64,000 nt of DNA from the human T2T-CHM13v2.0 reference genome, Homo sapiens (GCF_009914755.1 NC_060927.1); one strand, 5' to 3'. Counted from the stretch's first letter, positions 16,047 to 33,281 are shown. Notes: generated by a model not told the origin, from the letters alone. A program made the numbers and translations.

Positions 16047-16927
16047 TATAGAAAACATCAACTTCCTACAAGTCTTCTAACTATAAGATTTTATTTGCAA
16101 TGTGGTATTTATATATGGCATGGTCTACAAATAGCAAAGATCATTTCCTAGGCAAATTTTCATTTCGTATATAATATGCTGAATGTCAATTCTCGGTGAA
16201 CAAAAGAGTTTATCAATATACATAATCCATGATTTTTACCTATCCTACATTTCCACACTTTGAAGGCATTTTGCCATCGTCTTTTTTTACCCTTGTGTGG
16301 GTAACTTATTTGTGTACTACTTGGAAGAGTATTTGTCTTAAAAATTGCTTTATGTTAGTTTTGACCATCCTCTTACCTGTCCTGAAACCTAAGCTCAAAG
16401 AAAATAAACAATTTTAATGTAGAGCACAGAGATATCAATATAATTTCCTTAGGAAGTCTTGGATGATTCTCTCTTTTATTAAATGTTATACATGCTATAT
16501 AACCCTGTCTTTGCTGCTTCTCCTTTTTCATATTGGTCATTCACTAAGCACAAGAAGACATCTAATTTTGAAGAGCTGGCTTTCTAGTAAAGATGAAGCT
16601 GAAGGGTTTTCCCCTCCCCTCCACAGCATGTTCCACTGGGTGCACACAAAGCAATTACAACTCATGTCAGCCCTTTTCCATGTGATAGCATCAGCAATTT
16701 TGCCCAGGGCTTCTTTTCTGATGAACAGTAGCAGAAATAATGGCCTAATTCACTAAAAACAAAGCAAAACAAAAAACATTATCCCTGTTGCTTTCTCTAA
16801 AACAATGCGATATTAACCAAAGTCCTTCCTAATTAAAACAAAGCTATCCAATTATGCATTTTAATACTGTGAGGATTTTTAACAATATCAAAGTGAAAAA
16901 GATTCATTAGAAACATATTAAAAACTA

Positions 16928-17260
16928 GGCCATGCGTGGGTGGCTCACGCCTGTAATTCCAGCACTTTGGGAGGCTGAGGTGGGCGGATCACTTGAGGCC
17001 AGGAGTTTGACACCAGCCAGAGCAACATGGTGAAACCCCATCTCTACTATAAAAAAATACAAAGTTAGCCAGGCGTGGTGGCCCCCACCTGTAGTCCCAA
17101 CTACTTGGGAGCTGAGGCAGGCGAATCCTTTGAACCTGGGAGGCAGAGGTTGCAGTGAGCCAAGATCACACCACGGTACTCCAGCCTGGGCAACAGAGTG
17201 AGACTGTGTCTCAAAAAAAAAAAAAAGAAAGAAAGAAAAAAGAAACAAAGAAAAGAAAAA
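16928..17260 (+). mobile_element. AluS
   Basis: TSD agaaacatatt(a/t)aaaa. Confidence 0.95.
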
Positions 17261-17747
17261 GAAACATATTTAAAAATGAGGAATTAACCTGAGCTCAGAC
17301 AGAAACAAATTCTGGTCTATTTGAATTTCTTGTGTTTTAAATATATTTCCAAGTTATTTATGGATCCCAGGAGAGTCTACTTTGTCTTTCAGTGCTGGTA
17401 CTATCACAATTTGACATATCCTCAAGCCTTTAAATGTAATTTTAGGAGAGATGCTTTAAATATCCTGTTAACTTCAGGAAATAGTGGCGCCATGTTTATT
17501 TCAACGCGAGGAACAATGAATTCTTTCTTGAAGTACATTTCTGAATTTCTCTGGGGTTCAATTTATTTTCCACATACCCGCCAAAATAGGAATAATCATA
17601 TCTCTCTACATTAAAGAATACAAGATAAAAGACCTTGTAACATTTTATCATGTTTAAAATAAAGCAGTAACAATAAATAGTTATGCAACAAGAAAACAAC
17701 TTTTTATCCTAGGGGCAGAAAGAGGGCAAAAAGTTTCTGAAGAATAG

Positions 17748-17767
17748 AATTCCACTAGAGGGCAGTG
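17748..17767 (+). promoter_or_regulatory. Candidate CTCF site
   Basis: TTCCACTAGAGGGCAGT matches the CCACYAGRKGGC core. Confidence 0.65.
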
Positions 17768-17964
17768 CACCCCAGTGGAGGCTCAGAGCAAATGTGCACA
17801 GGACGTCTGATTAAGAAGTTATGTGGCAAACACGGAAAGTGTTTGTGATATAATATTACTATAAATAAAACAGCTACAGGAATTTTTTTACATGACTTCA
17901 GATGCTCCTTGAAAATCACATATGTTTGTGGTCAAATATCGTGCAGTATTTGAGAACATGATCT

Positions 17965-18150
17965 TAGACCTGGGGTCATTCCTCTGTGCACCACTGTCCT
18001 TGGATGAGTTGTTTAAAATCTCTTGAGTCTCAGTTTCTTTATCTGTAAAGCCAGAGGCAATTACAGATACCACATAGGACTGTTGTGAGCATTAACAGGG
18101 ATCATATATATATAAAAGTCCAGCATGGAACCAGGCATATAATATTGCTC
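17965..18150 (+). mobile_element. MIR
   Basis: ccttggatgagttgtttaa...ctcagtttctttatctgtaaa core. Confidence 0.75.
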
Positions 18151-21100
18151 AGCAAAAAAAATCACAGGATGATGATGACAAAAAATACTAAAAAGGAAAA
18201 TAAAATAATTTTAATTATTGGAGTAGGTTGTTTAGAGATTTATTGCATAGTATATCTTATTTACATTTACAATGGAGAGCTTGTGATGGAATATATATTT
18301 TTATTGACTGTAAATGAAATTATTCTCATCGATGAGAGAATAATTCTATTATTCTCTTCAGCATTTTAAACTCCAGAGAGAAAAATTTTCATGTAGCTAC
18401 AAAATGTTATTTTTCTCATTTTAATGTCTAGAATATCATTATCACATTTTTGCTATTTCTTTTCATTTCCTAAATGAATAAACTGTCAACACCCAAAGGA
18501 AAAAAAATGGAATATACAAATAAGTTATCTCTGAATCCTTTTAAATATTATTCCTCACAAGTTATGTAGCCTTGGGATAGTATAGTATATTTCTCTTAGA
18601 ACTCTCAGTGTAAGAAAATTTCATCTGATGAAAAATAGAAATATGTCAAATATGACAATTACTCTTTACAAAATGATTGTTTAAATATGAGTTCCTGTAA
18701 TCATTTAGGAATTTCTTTACAAAATAACTACATGTTACAGAGGCAACAGGGCATTGTAACTTAAGGCTAAAATACTCCATCACTGACAATGAAAGGTCAT
18801 TCAGAAATAAAGATTGAATGTCTCTGAAATTATAGTATGAATCAAAGTGGAAATATTTAATTTATAAAATTTTGATTTATACATGTCCCCTCTGTTCTTA
18901 GCCTTTTAAAAGTAGCTGACTCACCCACCTATCATGTGAAAAAGATCAACTAAAAGCCAGCCCCAGGCAATAACTGTCATCACAGGCATTTGTCAAGATT
19001 ACACCTACTATTCCTACATCATGGCTGCATCAGTGTTACCCAGATGACCGATATCACCATCATCACCAACATCTCCACTATAACTACTACTTCCTCTGAC
19101 TATATAAACTTATTGTTCACTTTTTTCATCTCCCTATTTATTTGACCTCACCTGGCCAGTTAAGAGAGGAAATTGGTTAGGAATTTCCTGTACCTACTTG
19201 AATTCTAACCTCAGATGTAAATGACAACACATTCTTATGAAACTAAGGGTGGCAGTTACCCAAATCCGTGTCTAAACCAAGGATAGATTCTTGGAACATC
19301 AGGCTTTTGATAACCACTAGGAAATATCATCAGACCAGGAAGCTGAGGAGCTGTCCCCCTAACCCACCTGCCCATCACAAATGAGCTCTAATGGAAGATG
19401 GCTGAATAGAAGGCTCCACACTGATTGTCCCCCACAACAGGAACACCAAACTTAACAACTATCTACACCCAAAAAGCACCTTCCTAAGAACCAAAAATCA
19501 GGCGAGCACTCACGGTACCACGTTTGAACTTCATATCACTGAAAGAGGCATTGAAGAGGGTAGTAAAGACAGTCTTGAATCGCCGATGCCACTCCTCCCC
19601 CATCCCCCTGGCAGTGGCTGCATGGTACAGAGAAAGAATCTGTGCACTTGCAAGAGAGAAAGAGCAGCGACTGTGAGACTTTGCATTCAACCCAGTGCTG
19701 TCCTATCACAGCAGAAAGCAAAACCCAGCTGAAGTCAGCCAGTGTGTGCTGAAGGAGGGAGCATCTAGATGAGCCCTAGCCAGAGGGAAATTACCCATTC
19801 CCGTGGTCAGAACTTGAGTTTCAGCAAGCCTCATCACCACGGGCTAAAGTGCTCTGGGGCCCTAATAAACTTGAAAGACAGTCTAGGCCACAAGGACTGC
19901 AACCCTTAGGAGAGTAATAGTGCTGAGCTGGTTTCGTAACCAGTGGACTTGAGGGGTACACCACCTACTAAGAAGCCAGCCGAAGTGGCTAAGAGAGTGC
20001 TTGTGCTATTCCTCCCATAAACTCAGGCAGCACTGCTCACGTTCCAAAAGAGACTCCTTCCTTCTGCTTGAGGAGAAAAGAGGGGAGAGTAAAGAGGACT
20101 TTGTTGTGCATATTGGGCCAGCTCAGCCACAGTAGGATAGGGCACTGGTAAGAGTCATAAGGCCCCCATTCCAGGCCCTAGCTCCCAGACAACATGTTGA
20201 GACACACCCTGGGCAAGAAGGGAACCCACTGCCTTGAAGGGAAGGGCCCAGTCCTGGCAGGATCCATCACCTTCTAGCTAAGCAGCCCTTCAGCCCTAAA
20301 TAACCAACAGTGATACCCAGGTAGTATACCAGGGGCCTTGAGTAAGACTCTGAGATGAGCTGGATTCAGGTGAGACCCAGCACATTCCCAACTGTAGTGG
20401 CTACGGTGAGAGACTCTTCCTGCTTGAGAAAAACAGAAAGAAAACTAAAGGGGGCTTAGTTTTGCACATTAGGTACCAGCTCGGCCACAGTCAGGTAGAG
20501 TACCAAGTAGTCTCTTGGGGTTCCCAATTATAGGCCTTGGCTCTTGGATGGCATTTCTGGACCCACCCTGGACCACTGGAGAGCACATTTCCCTTAAGGG
20601 TGAGTCCTAGGCCTGGCAGCATTTACCACAAACTGACTGAATAGTGCTTGGACCATAAGTGAACATCAGCAGTAGCCCGTTAGTACTCCCAGTGGGCCTG
20701 TGGTGGTAGTGGCTACAGGGTGAGGCTCCTTTGCCTATGGAAAGGGAAGGGAAGAGTAGGAAAGGCTGTGTCTCATGGTTTGAGTTCCAACTCAGCTGCA
20801 ATATAATAGAACACTGGGTACATTTCTAAGGTTTTCGACTCTAGTCCCTAGCTCCTGCATGGAATCTCTGTGTGCACCCTAAGCCTGCGGGAACTTGCTG
20901 TCATGAAGGGAAGGACACAAGCCTGGCTGACTTTGCCACCTGCTAATGGTAGAGCCCTAGGGCTGTGAGCAAACATAAGTGGTAGCCAAGTAGTTACAGT
21001 GGGCTTTGGCAAAATCCAGTGCTGTGCTGGCTTTAGATATGACCCAGTGCAGTCCTAGTGGTGAAGGCCACAGGGGTGCTTGTGTCACTCCACCCGCAGT

Positions 21101-22091
21101 TACAGGTGGCTTAGCACACAGAGGGAGACTCTGTTAGGGAGAAAGTAAGGAAAGAGAACAAAAGTCTCTGCTTGGTGATCCAGAGAATTCTTCTGGATTT
21201 TATCCAATACCACTAAGGCAATACCTCTACAATCTATAAGAACTACAATATTACTGAGCGTGGGGTGACCCCTAATTCAGATACAGATTAGATCACAACA
21301 CCCACATCCTTTCAAACACCTGGAAAGCCTTCCCAAGGAGGACAGGTACAAACATTCCCAGACTGTGAAGGCTACAATAAATACTGGACTCTTCAATGCC
21401 CAGACACTGATGAACATCCACAAGCATCAAGAGCATGCAAAAAAACATGACCTCACCAAACGAACTAAATAAGGCACCAGGGACAAATCCAGGAGAAACA
21501 GAGATATGTGACCTTTCAGACAGAGAATTCAAAGAAATTCAAGATAACACAGAGAAGGAATTCAGAATTCTATCAGATAAATTTAGCAAACATTGAATTA
21601 AAAAGAATCAAGAAGAAATTCTGGAGTTGAAATATACACTTGACATACTGAAAAGGGCATCAGAGTCTTTTAATAGCCGCATTGATCAAGTAGAATTAGT
21701 GAGCTTGAAGACAGGCTACTTGAAAATATACAGTCAGAAGAGACAAAAGAAAAAAGAGTAAAAAAAGAATAAAGCACACCAACAAGATCTAGAAAATAGC
21801 CTCAAAGGGGCAAATCCAAGAATCATTGGCCTTAAAGAGTAGGTAGAGAAATAGATAGGAGTAGAAAGTTTATTCAAAGGGATAATATCTTGGAACTTCT
21901 CAAGTCTAGAGAAAGATATCAACATTCAATACAAAAAGGTTAGAGAACACCAAGCATATTTAACTCAAGGAAGACTACCTCAACACATTTAATAATCAGA
22001 CTCCCAAAGGTCAAGGATAAAGGAAAGATCCTAAAAGCAGCAAGAGAAAATAAATAAATAACATACAGTGAAGGTCCAGTACACCTGGTAG

Positions 22092-22397
<306 letters not shown>

Positions 22398-24035
22398 GGC
22401 AGCAGACTTTTGAGTGGAAACCTCACAGGGCAGGAGAGTAGCATGACATATTTAAAGTGTTGAAGGAAAAAACTTATCCTAGAATAGTATATCCAGTGAA
22501 AAATATCCTTCAGCATGAAGGAGAAATAAAGGCTTTCACAGACAAACCAAAGCTGAGGGATTTTTCATCAACACCAGTCCTATCCTACAAGAAATGCTAA
22601 AGGGAGTACAGAAAGTAAAGGACACTAATGAGCAATATGAAATCATCTGAAGTACAAAACTCACTGGTAATAGTAAGCACACAGAAAAACACAGACTATT
22701 ATAACACTGTAATTGTGGTATGTAAACTACTCTTATCTTAAATAGAAAGACTAAAAGATGAATCAATCAAAAATAGTAACTACAACAACTATGCAAGACA
22801 TAGATAGTACAATATAATGTAAATAGAAACAACAAAAAGTTAAAAAGTGGGGATTAAGTTAAGATCTAGACTTGTCATTTGTTTTCTTTTTCCTTGTTTG
22901 TTTATTTGTACACTGTTAATTTGTTATCAGCTTAAAATAATGGGTTATGTTAGTATTTTCAAGCCTCATGGTCACAACAAATAAAACATACAATGCATAT
23001 ATATACACACACAGAAGCAAGAAATTAAACCATACCACTAAAAAAAAATCACCTTCACTAAAAATAAGACAGGAAGAAAGGAAAGAAGGAAGAGAAGATC
23101 ACAAAACAACCAGAAAACAAATAACAAAATGGCAGGAGTAAGTCTATTTATCAACAATGACGTTGAATGTAAACTCTCCAATCAAAAGAAATAGTGGCTG
23201 AATGGATAAAAAATAAGACTCAATGATCTCTTGCCTATAAGAAATACACTTCACCTAAAAAGATACAGAAAGACTGAAAATAAAGGGATGGAAAATGATA
23301 TTGCATGCCAATGGAAACCCAAAAAGAGCAGAAGTAGCTATACTTATATCACACAAAGTAGATTTCAAGACAAAAACTGTAAGAAGAGACAAAGAAGGTT
23401 ATGTAGTGATAAAGGGGTCAATTTAGTAAGAGGATATAACAATTATAAATATATATGCACCCAACAGTGGGGCACCCAGATACAAAAACCAACTATTATT
23501 AGAGCTAAAGAGAGAGATGGACTCCAATGCAATAATATTGGGAGAGTGTAGCACCTCCATTTTCGGCATTGGACAAATTATTCAGACTAAAACCAACAAA
23601 GAAACATCAGACTTAATCTGCACTATATACCAAATTGACCTCATAGATATTTACAGAACATTTTATCCAACAGCTCCAGAATACATGTTCTTTTTCTCAG
23701 CATATGGATCATTCTCAAGCATAGACCAATTGTTAGATCACAAAACAAGTCTTAAAACATTTTAAAAAAATGAAATAGGATCAAGCATCTTCTCTGACCA
23801 CAAACTAGGAAACAATGACAAGAGGAATTTTGGAAACTATACAAATACATGGAAAGTAAATAATATGCTCCTGAATGACCAGTGGGTCAATGAAGAAATT
23901 AAGAAGGAAACTGGAAAATTTCATGAAACAAAGGAAATGGAAACACAACATACCAAAACCTATGGGATATAGTGAAAGCAGTACTAAGAAGGGAGTTTAT
24001 ACCTGTAAGTGCCTATGTTGAAAAGAAGAAAAACT

Positions 24036-24330
<295 letters not shown>

Positions 24331-27300
24331 AAGAAAAACTTCAAGTAACCCAATGATGCATCTTAAAGAACTAGGAAAGCAAGCGCAAACCATACCCAAA
24401 ATTAGTAGAAGAAAAGAAATAAAGATCAGAGCAGAAATAAAGGAAATTGAAACAAAATAAATAATACAAAATATCAATGAAGCAAAAAGTTGGAATTTTG
24501 AAAAGATAAGCAAAATTGACAAACTCTTAGCCAGACTAACAAAAAAAAAGAGAAGACACAAATAAATAAAATCAGAGATGAAAAAGGAGGTATTACAACT
24601 GTACCACAGAAATTCAAAGGATTTTTAGTGGCTGCTATGAGCACCTATATGCCAATACATTGAAAAATCTAGAAGAAGTGGATAAATTCCTAGACACATA
24701 AAATCTACCAAGATTGAACCATGAATAAATCCAAAACCTGAACAGATCAATAGCAAATAATGAGATCAAAGCCATAATAAAACGTCTCCCAGCAAAGAAA
24801 AGCCCGGGACCCAGTGACTTCACTGCTTAACTCTACCAAACATTTAAATGAATACCAATCCTACCCAAACTATTCCAAAAAATAAAGGAGGAGGGAATAC
24901 TTTCAAATTCATTATACGAGGCCAGTATTATACTGGTAACCAAAACTGAACAGAGACGCATCAAAAAAAGAAGGCTACAGGCCAATATCCCTGATGAATA
25001 TTGATGCAAAAATTCTCAACAAAACACTAGCAAACTGAATTCAACAACATATTCAAAAGATCATTCATCATGATCAAGTGGGATTTATCACAGGGATGCT
25101 AGAGTGTTTACCATATGCAAATCAATCAATGTCGTATGTTATATTAACAGAATGAAGGACAAAAACCATATGATCATTTCTATTGATGCTAACAAACCAT
25201 TTGATAATATTCAACATCTGTTCATGATAAAAACCCTAAAAAAACTCGGTATGGAAGAAAAATACCTCAACATAATAAAGGCCATATATGACCATAGCTA
25301 GTATCATACTGAATGAGGAAAAACTGAAAGCCCTTCCTCTAAGATCAAGAACATGACAAGGATCCCCACTTTCACCACTGTTATTTAGTATAGTACTGGA
25401 ATTCCTGGATAGAGCAATTAAACAAGTGAAAGAAATATAGGGCATCGAAAAATGGCAAGACAGAAGTTAATTATCCTTGCTTGCAGATGACATGGTCTTA
25501 TATTTGGAAAAACCTAAAGGCTCTATTAAACAAATATTAGAAGTGATAAACAAACTCAGTAAAGTCATAGGATAGAAAATAAACATACAAAAATCAGTAG
25601 CATTTCTATATGCCAACAGTGAACAACCTGAAAAAGAAACTTAAATAGAATCCTATTTATAATAGTCAATTTTATCATATTTAATAAAAGTAAAAACCTA
25701 GGAATTAACCAAAGAATTGAAACATCTCTATAATATAAACTATAAAACACTGATGAAAGAAATTGAAGAGGACACCAAAAAATGGGAAGATATTCCATGT
25801 TCATAGAATAGAAGAATCAATATTGTTAAAACATCTGTACTACCCAGAGCAATCTATAGATTGAATGCAATCCCTATCAAAATACCAACGACATTTTCAC
25901 AGAAATAGAAAAAAATTCTAAAACGTATGTGGAACCCTAAAAATCCAGAATAGCCAAAGCTATCCTAAGCAAAAAGAACAAAACTAGAGAAATTACATAG
26001 TAAAAAAAACAGCATAGTACTGGGATAAAAAAACAGACACATAGACCAATGGAGCAGAATATAGAACTTACAAATAACGTCCACACGCATATAGTGAATT
26101 CATTTTTGAAAAAAGTCCCAAGAACATACACTAGGGAAGGCACACTCTCTTCAAGAAATGGTGCTGGGAAGACTGGATATCCATATGTAAAAGAATGAAA
26201 CTAGACCTCTATCTCTCACCATATACAAAAATAAAATCAAAATGGATTAATGACTTAAATCTAAGACCTCAAACTATGAAATGAATACAAGAAAACATTG
26301 GGGAAACTCTCAATACATTGGTTTGGGCAAAAATTTCATGAGTAATACCCCACACGCATAGCCTACCAAAGCAAAAATGAACAAATGGGATCACATCAAG
26401 TTAAAAAGCTTCTGCACAGCAAAGGGAACACTCGATAAAGTGAAGAGACAACCCACAGAATGAGAGAAAATATTTGCAATCTATTCTTCTGGCAAGGGAT
26501 TAATAACCAGAATATTTAAGAAACTCAAACAACTCTATAGGAAAAAAATATATAATAATCTGATTATGAAATTTGTGAAAGATCTAAATATATGTTTCTC
26601 AAAAGAAGACATACAATTGGCAGACAGGTATATGAAAAAGTGCACAAAATCGTTGATCATCAGAGAAATGCAAATCAAAACTACAATGAAATATCATCTC
26701 ACCCTAGTCAAAATGGCTTATATCCAAAAGACAGGCAATAACAAATGCTGGCGAGGATGTAGATAAAAGGGAAGCCTGGTACACTGTGGTTGGGAGTGTA
26801 AATTGGTACAACCACTATGGAACACAGTTTGGAGGTTTCTCAAAAAACTAAAAATAGAAGTACCATATGATCCATACCAATCCCACTGCTAGGTGTATAC
26901 CCAAAAGAATCGGTATATCAAAGAGATATTTGCAGTCCTGTGTTTACTGCAGCACCATTCACAATAGCTGGAATTTGGGAGCAAACTAAGTGTCCATCAA
27001 CAGATTAATGGATAAAGAAAAGCGGTACATATATACAATGCAGTACTAGTTAGCCATAAAACAGAATGAGATCCTGTCATTTGCAACAACATGGATGGAA
27101 CTAGAGGTCATTATGTGAAATGAAATAAGCCAGCCATGGAAGGACAAACTTCACATGTTCTCACTTATTTGTGGGAGCTAAAAACTAAAACAATAGACCT
27201 TATGGAGATGGAGTAGAAGGATGGTTACTGAAGGCTGGGAAGGATAGTAGGCTTGGCGGGTGCGAGGGAAGTAGGATGGTTAATGGATACAAAAAGATAG

Positions 27301-27944
27301 AAAGAATGAATAAGACCTAGTATTTGCTAGCACAACAGGGTGACTAGAGTAAAAAATAATTTAATTATACATTGAAAAATATATAGAAGAGTATGATTGA
27401 ATTGTTTGTAACACAAAGGATAAATGTTTGAGGTGATGAGTACCCCATTTACCCTGATATGATTATTATGCATTGTATGAATGTATCAAAATGTCTCATG
27501 TAACTCATAAATATATACACTTGCTATGTACCCACAAAAATTGAAAATTAAGGAAAAAGTAAGCTCTAATGGATCCCAAGGCAAGTTCTTATCACTGGGG
27601 TATACTCTAGAAGCAGGAAACAAGGGCTCCGTAAGCATCTAGAAGAATGTGAAACTAGATGTATATAAAATAGTTCAGAAGCCTCAACTTGACACACTCT
27701 GATCTTTGCCTTTTGGGTGGCCCTGACCCACATAAAGCTGGACCTCTAGGGCACCTACAACCTTGACAAGTTTAGCAAGTCAATAATTGCCTGAACTACA
27801 GGATTCTTCTACTCAACATCCTGGATCCAAAAGCTATTACCTATCAGTATTTCCTAAACCTGGCTGATAATCAGAATCACTGGAGGAGGGGTAATTTTTT
27901 GTTTTTATAGTTCAAGTTCCAGAGGTTTTAAATTCTATAACTTA

Positions 27945-29770
<1,826 letters not shown>

Positions 29771-31011
29771 ATAGGGCAAAAGGAAGACAGAAAACTGGCC
29801 ATAGCATATCTCAAGATTTGCCCATAATATCCTCTCACACACCTGCTCATGACTTTAACTTAAATGCTTCTCTTTGTATTGGATTCTCATTCAACACTAT
29901 TGAATACCAGACCATGCCCCTCCATTGCCCCCTGGCACCTACCCACACACAACTTGCCTTCATCTGTCAGGTCATAGGACTTATATAGATTAGGCTGGAC
30001 TCTCTAGTCCCTCCTAAGCTTCCCCACTATGGGTGAATATTTGAGATAGGATTTAAGACTATCCTTAGTGTGTGAGCAAGGTTCTTCCTTCCCAGTTTAG
30101 TATCTTAGATTCAGGGAACCTCTGTCTTATGCCTGGCCATGGATTCCAGGAAAGACCTAACCCACAAAGAAGCTAACTTCCCCATATTCAGGGAGGCTAA
30201 GCTTTCTTATGGCAGCAATTACTATCCATCTGTGTTCTTCTCTTAATGTAGATCCAGTGTGTAGGTAAGGACTTGGCAGGGTGACAGAAGATATCTTTGT
30301 CTAGGGGCAAAAGTAATTTGCTAAGGGGATATGCAGAGAGACAAACAGGTGTTCCTTGAATTAATGATAAGAAAGCTCTCTGGAGATTTCATTAGTAGTA
30401 TTATCTTAAATGTGGTCAGTTTGGATGGTTTCTGACTTTTCAGAGGATGACCTTTGAATTCAGCCTCAAATCCTGAAGCAGAAGGTAACCTTATGGGAAG
30501 CTTTCAAAGATGTCTGAGCTTCGTGCTTGGATTTAATTATCTCTTCCCAGTTGTGAACTTTGGCAAAGTTACAGAAGAGCTACTGCCCTGCCAGCAAGCT
30601 GGCCATTCCTGTAAAGACTGATTCACACTTTGTAGTCATTGATCCACGGAAAGCAAATTAATAGCACAAGTAGAAAGGTAAGGCATAGGATGTAGGTTAT
30701 TTGCCAAGTGGGCCACTGTTCTGGCATGCATTTGGTGATAAATTTCAGCACTGGACATGTTTTCAGCATTTAAATCTGGCCCATTAATCCAGTAGCTGCG
30801 ACAGTGAGCACCTTTCTCTTTTGGGCCACCCTCAACATTGAATCATCACAGTTTGGTCACCTTCTACTGGAATCCCTCATTAAGCCCTTAAGCAGGATGA
30901 TGTAATTTTATATCTACCCTAGTAAACACAATTTCCATAGGATATATTTCACATAATACAGACAAGTTATATATTTTACTGCCTGAATATGACTCAATGG
31001 AAACAGATCTC

Positions 31012-31216
31012 TTTTTTTTTTTTTTTTTTGAGACGGAGTCTCGCTGTCGCCCAGGCTGGAGTGCAGTGGCGCAATCTCGGCTCACTGCAGGCTCCGCCCC
31101 CTGGGGTTCACGCCATTCTCCTGCCTCAGCCTCCCGAGTAGCTGGGACTACAGGCGCCCGCCACCTCGCCCGGCTAATTTTTTGTATTTTTAGTGGAGAC
31201 GGGGTTTCACCGTGTT
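31012..31216 (-). mobile_element. 5'-truncated young AluY (Ye-like)
   Basis: Perfect 14-bp TSD acagatctcttttt; GGGCGAGGTGG, GGGGGCGGAGCCTGC and ACAGCGAGACT diagnostics. Confidence 0.9.
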
Positions 31217-31769
31217 ACAGATCTCTTTTTAAGGAGGATTTAAAAACTTTTAGGACATAGAAAAACTGTGCTAAAGATAAGAGTACCCACATGAACTAGA
31301 ATAAAGAGGAAAAATAACCAGAAAACCAGACTTATGAGCTGGCAAATTAGGCAGCATCTGTTCAGCTTGGCAGAGTTCCTTGAAATAACTTCACACTACC
31401 CCACGGCTGATAATAAGCACAGCCAAAGAGGCTCATTGACTGAATGAGCCTAAATCTCCAGCTAGATCTCAAAAACAAACTTCCTTTGTTTCTCTGAGCT
31501 GAACTTCTAACTTCACTGATTATTTTCCAGATGGGCCTTGGTCCTGCCTTGAACTTGACCATGCTTCATATTCCTGGTCATGACTTTGGAACCTTCCAGT
31601 GACCACCTTGCATTTTTTTCCTGGCAATGAATCCACAGAATACTTGGTTTAAACACCCTCTTGATTTGACATTATTCCCAGGCCTCTCCTCTCCAATACC
31701 ACCTCTAACCATGAAGTACCCCCTTGGCTTAGTCCAATAGCAACTTCCTGGTGGAATTTTAAAGGCACT

Positions 31770-32050
31770 GGAAGGTCTCCTTTCCTCCTAACTTATATCT
31801 CTATAGAAGCTTTCCTAATATATTCTTGTAGAGTTGGCAACTCCCTCCTCTGTGCTCTCACTGTTCTAAAATTTGTTAAATTAATAAATTTACTCATGTG
31901 GCTATTTCTCCTACTTATCTCCTTAATAACAGATACTAAGTATCATTTAACTTTTTATTTCCTCCATTTTCTTGCACAGGGCATTCATGGCACAAAGCAG
32001 TTCTCTAATAAATGCTTGATGAATGGATGGATGAATGAATAGACGAATGC
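31770..32050 (+). mobile_element. L2 3' end
   Basis: ctaataaatgcttgatgaatggatggatgaatgaat tail. Confidence 0.7.
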
Positions 32051-32254
32051 TTTCATAACATAGTCATCTTTTCTCCAACACCAGGATGAAATCATTTCCA
32101 CATAAGTTACCCTAAAGTTGCTGGTGTTCCTATCAACCATGAAAAAAATATATATCTACTTCCAGGAATGTCATATGAACTCTCAGAGTTCTCCACTCAA
32201 GATAAGAATCTGCATTTATATAGTATATTTTCATTTATGTGTTACTTTTCAAGA

Positions 32255-32490
32255 TGATAATTGTAACTGACATTGAGTAGTTACTATACTCTAGGCATTG
32301 TTCTTAGTACTTACATATATTACTCTATTAATCATTACTTCAATCCTATAAAGTAGGTGCTATTTGTTATCTTGAGGAAATGAAATCTGGAATGGTTACA
32401 AAACTTTTCAAGTTGTCAAAGCTAGTAAGTGACAGAACCAGCAACTACACCTAGAACCGCCTTCCATAGCCCCATTCTTAACCATATACA
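32255..32490 (-). mobile_element. MIR
   Basis: cattgagtagttactatactctaggcattgttct...gaggaaatgaaa...gctagtaagtgacaga. Confidence 0.75.
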
Positions 32491-33281
32491 ACCCACCCCA
32501 GACATTAATCTGTTCATTTTCCTCAAACACCGAAGATATACCTTCAGAGGCCATGAAAGAGGTGGACACTGTAAAATGCAAAGTTACAAATTATAAAGAC
32601 AAAGTCTAAAATCTAAATTCTATGATTCCCTTTCTAGTTCCTTAGTAAAATATTAAACTAGTGTTCTTCTCAATCCAATGAACAAAATAGGGATTTTATA
32701 ATGCTAAACGCCAATAGATTGTAGTCTCTGTTATATTTCTTTTTATTCTTAATTTTGAGCTTATTTCCTTATTATCTTTCCTCCTTATTCTAGTTCATCT
32801 GCCTTATATTATTCTCTCAGATACCTCACACAATAAATGCACAGGAAGAAGGGGGAAGAGACACACAGATTTAAGATAAAGATGTAAGTTGGGGAGGAGA
32901 CTAGTGAGGACTACTGGAAATCTGTGCCAGTGTATAAGTGATCTTCCACCTCCAACTTTTCTCATTACATTGATCATCCTTCAGCAATTTGAAGAACACT
33001 GCCCAAGAACTCACAGAAGAAAAAAGAAAAGAATGGCCAATAAGTATATAAAAAGGTATTCAACTTCTTTAGTAATCAAGCAAATAAAAATTAAAACATC
33101 AATGAGGTACCATTTCATATCTATCAGGTTGGCAAAAATTAGAAGGTATGATATACCAGAAATGGGGAAAAAGGAATTTTGAACCCCTTCTGATGGACAT
33201 GTAAATTAACATAACCAGATCAATACAGCCGTTACAGAAAACGTTGTGGAGGTTCTTAAAGAAATTAAAAATAGAGCTACT

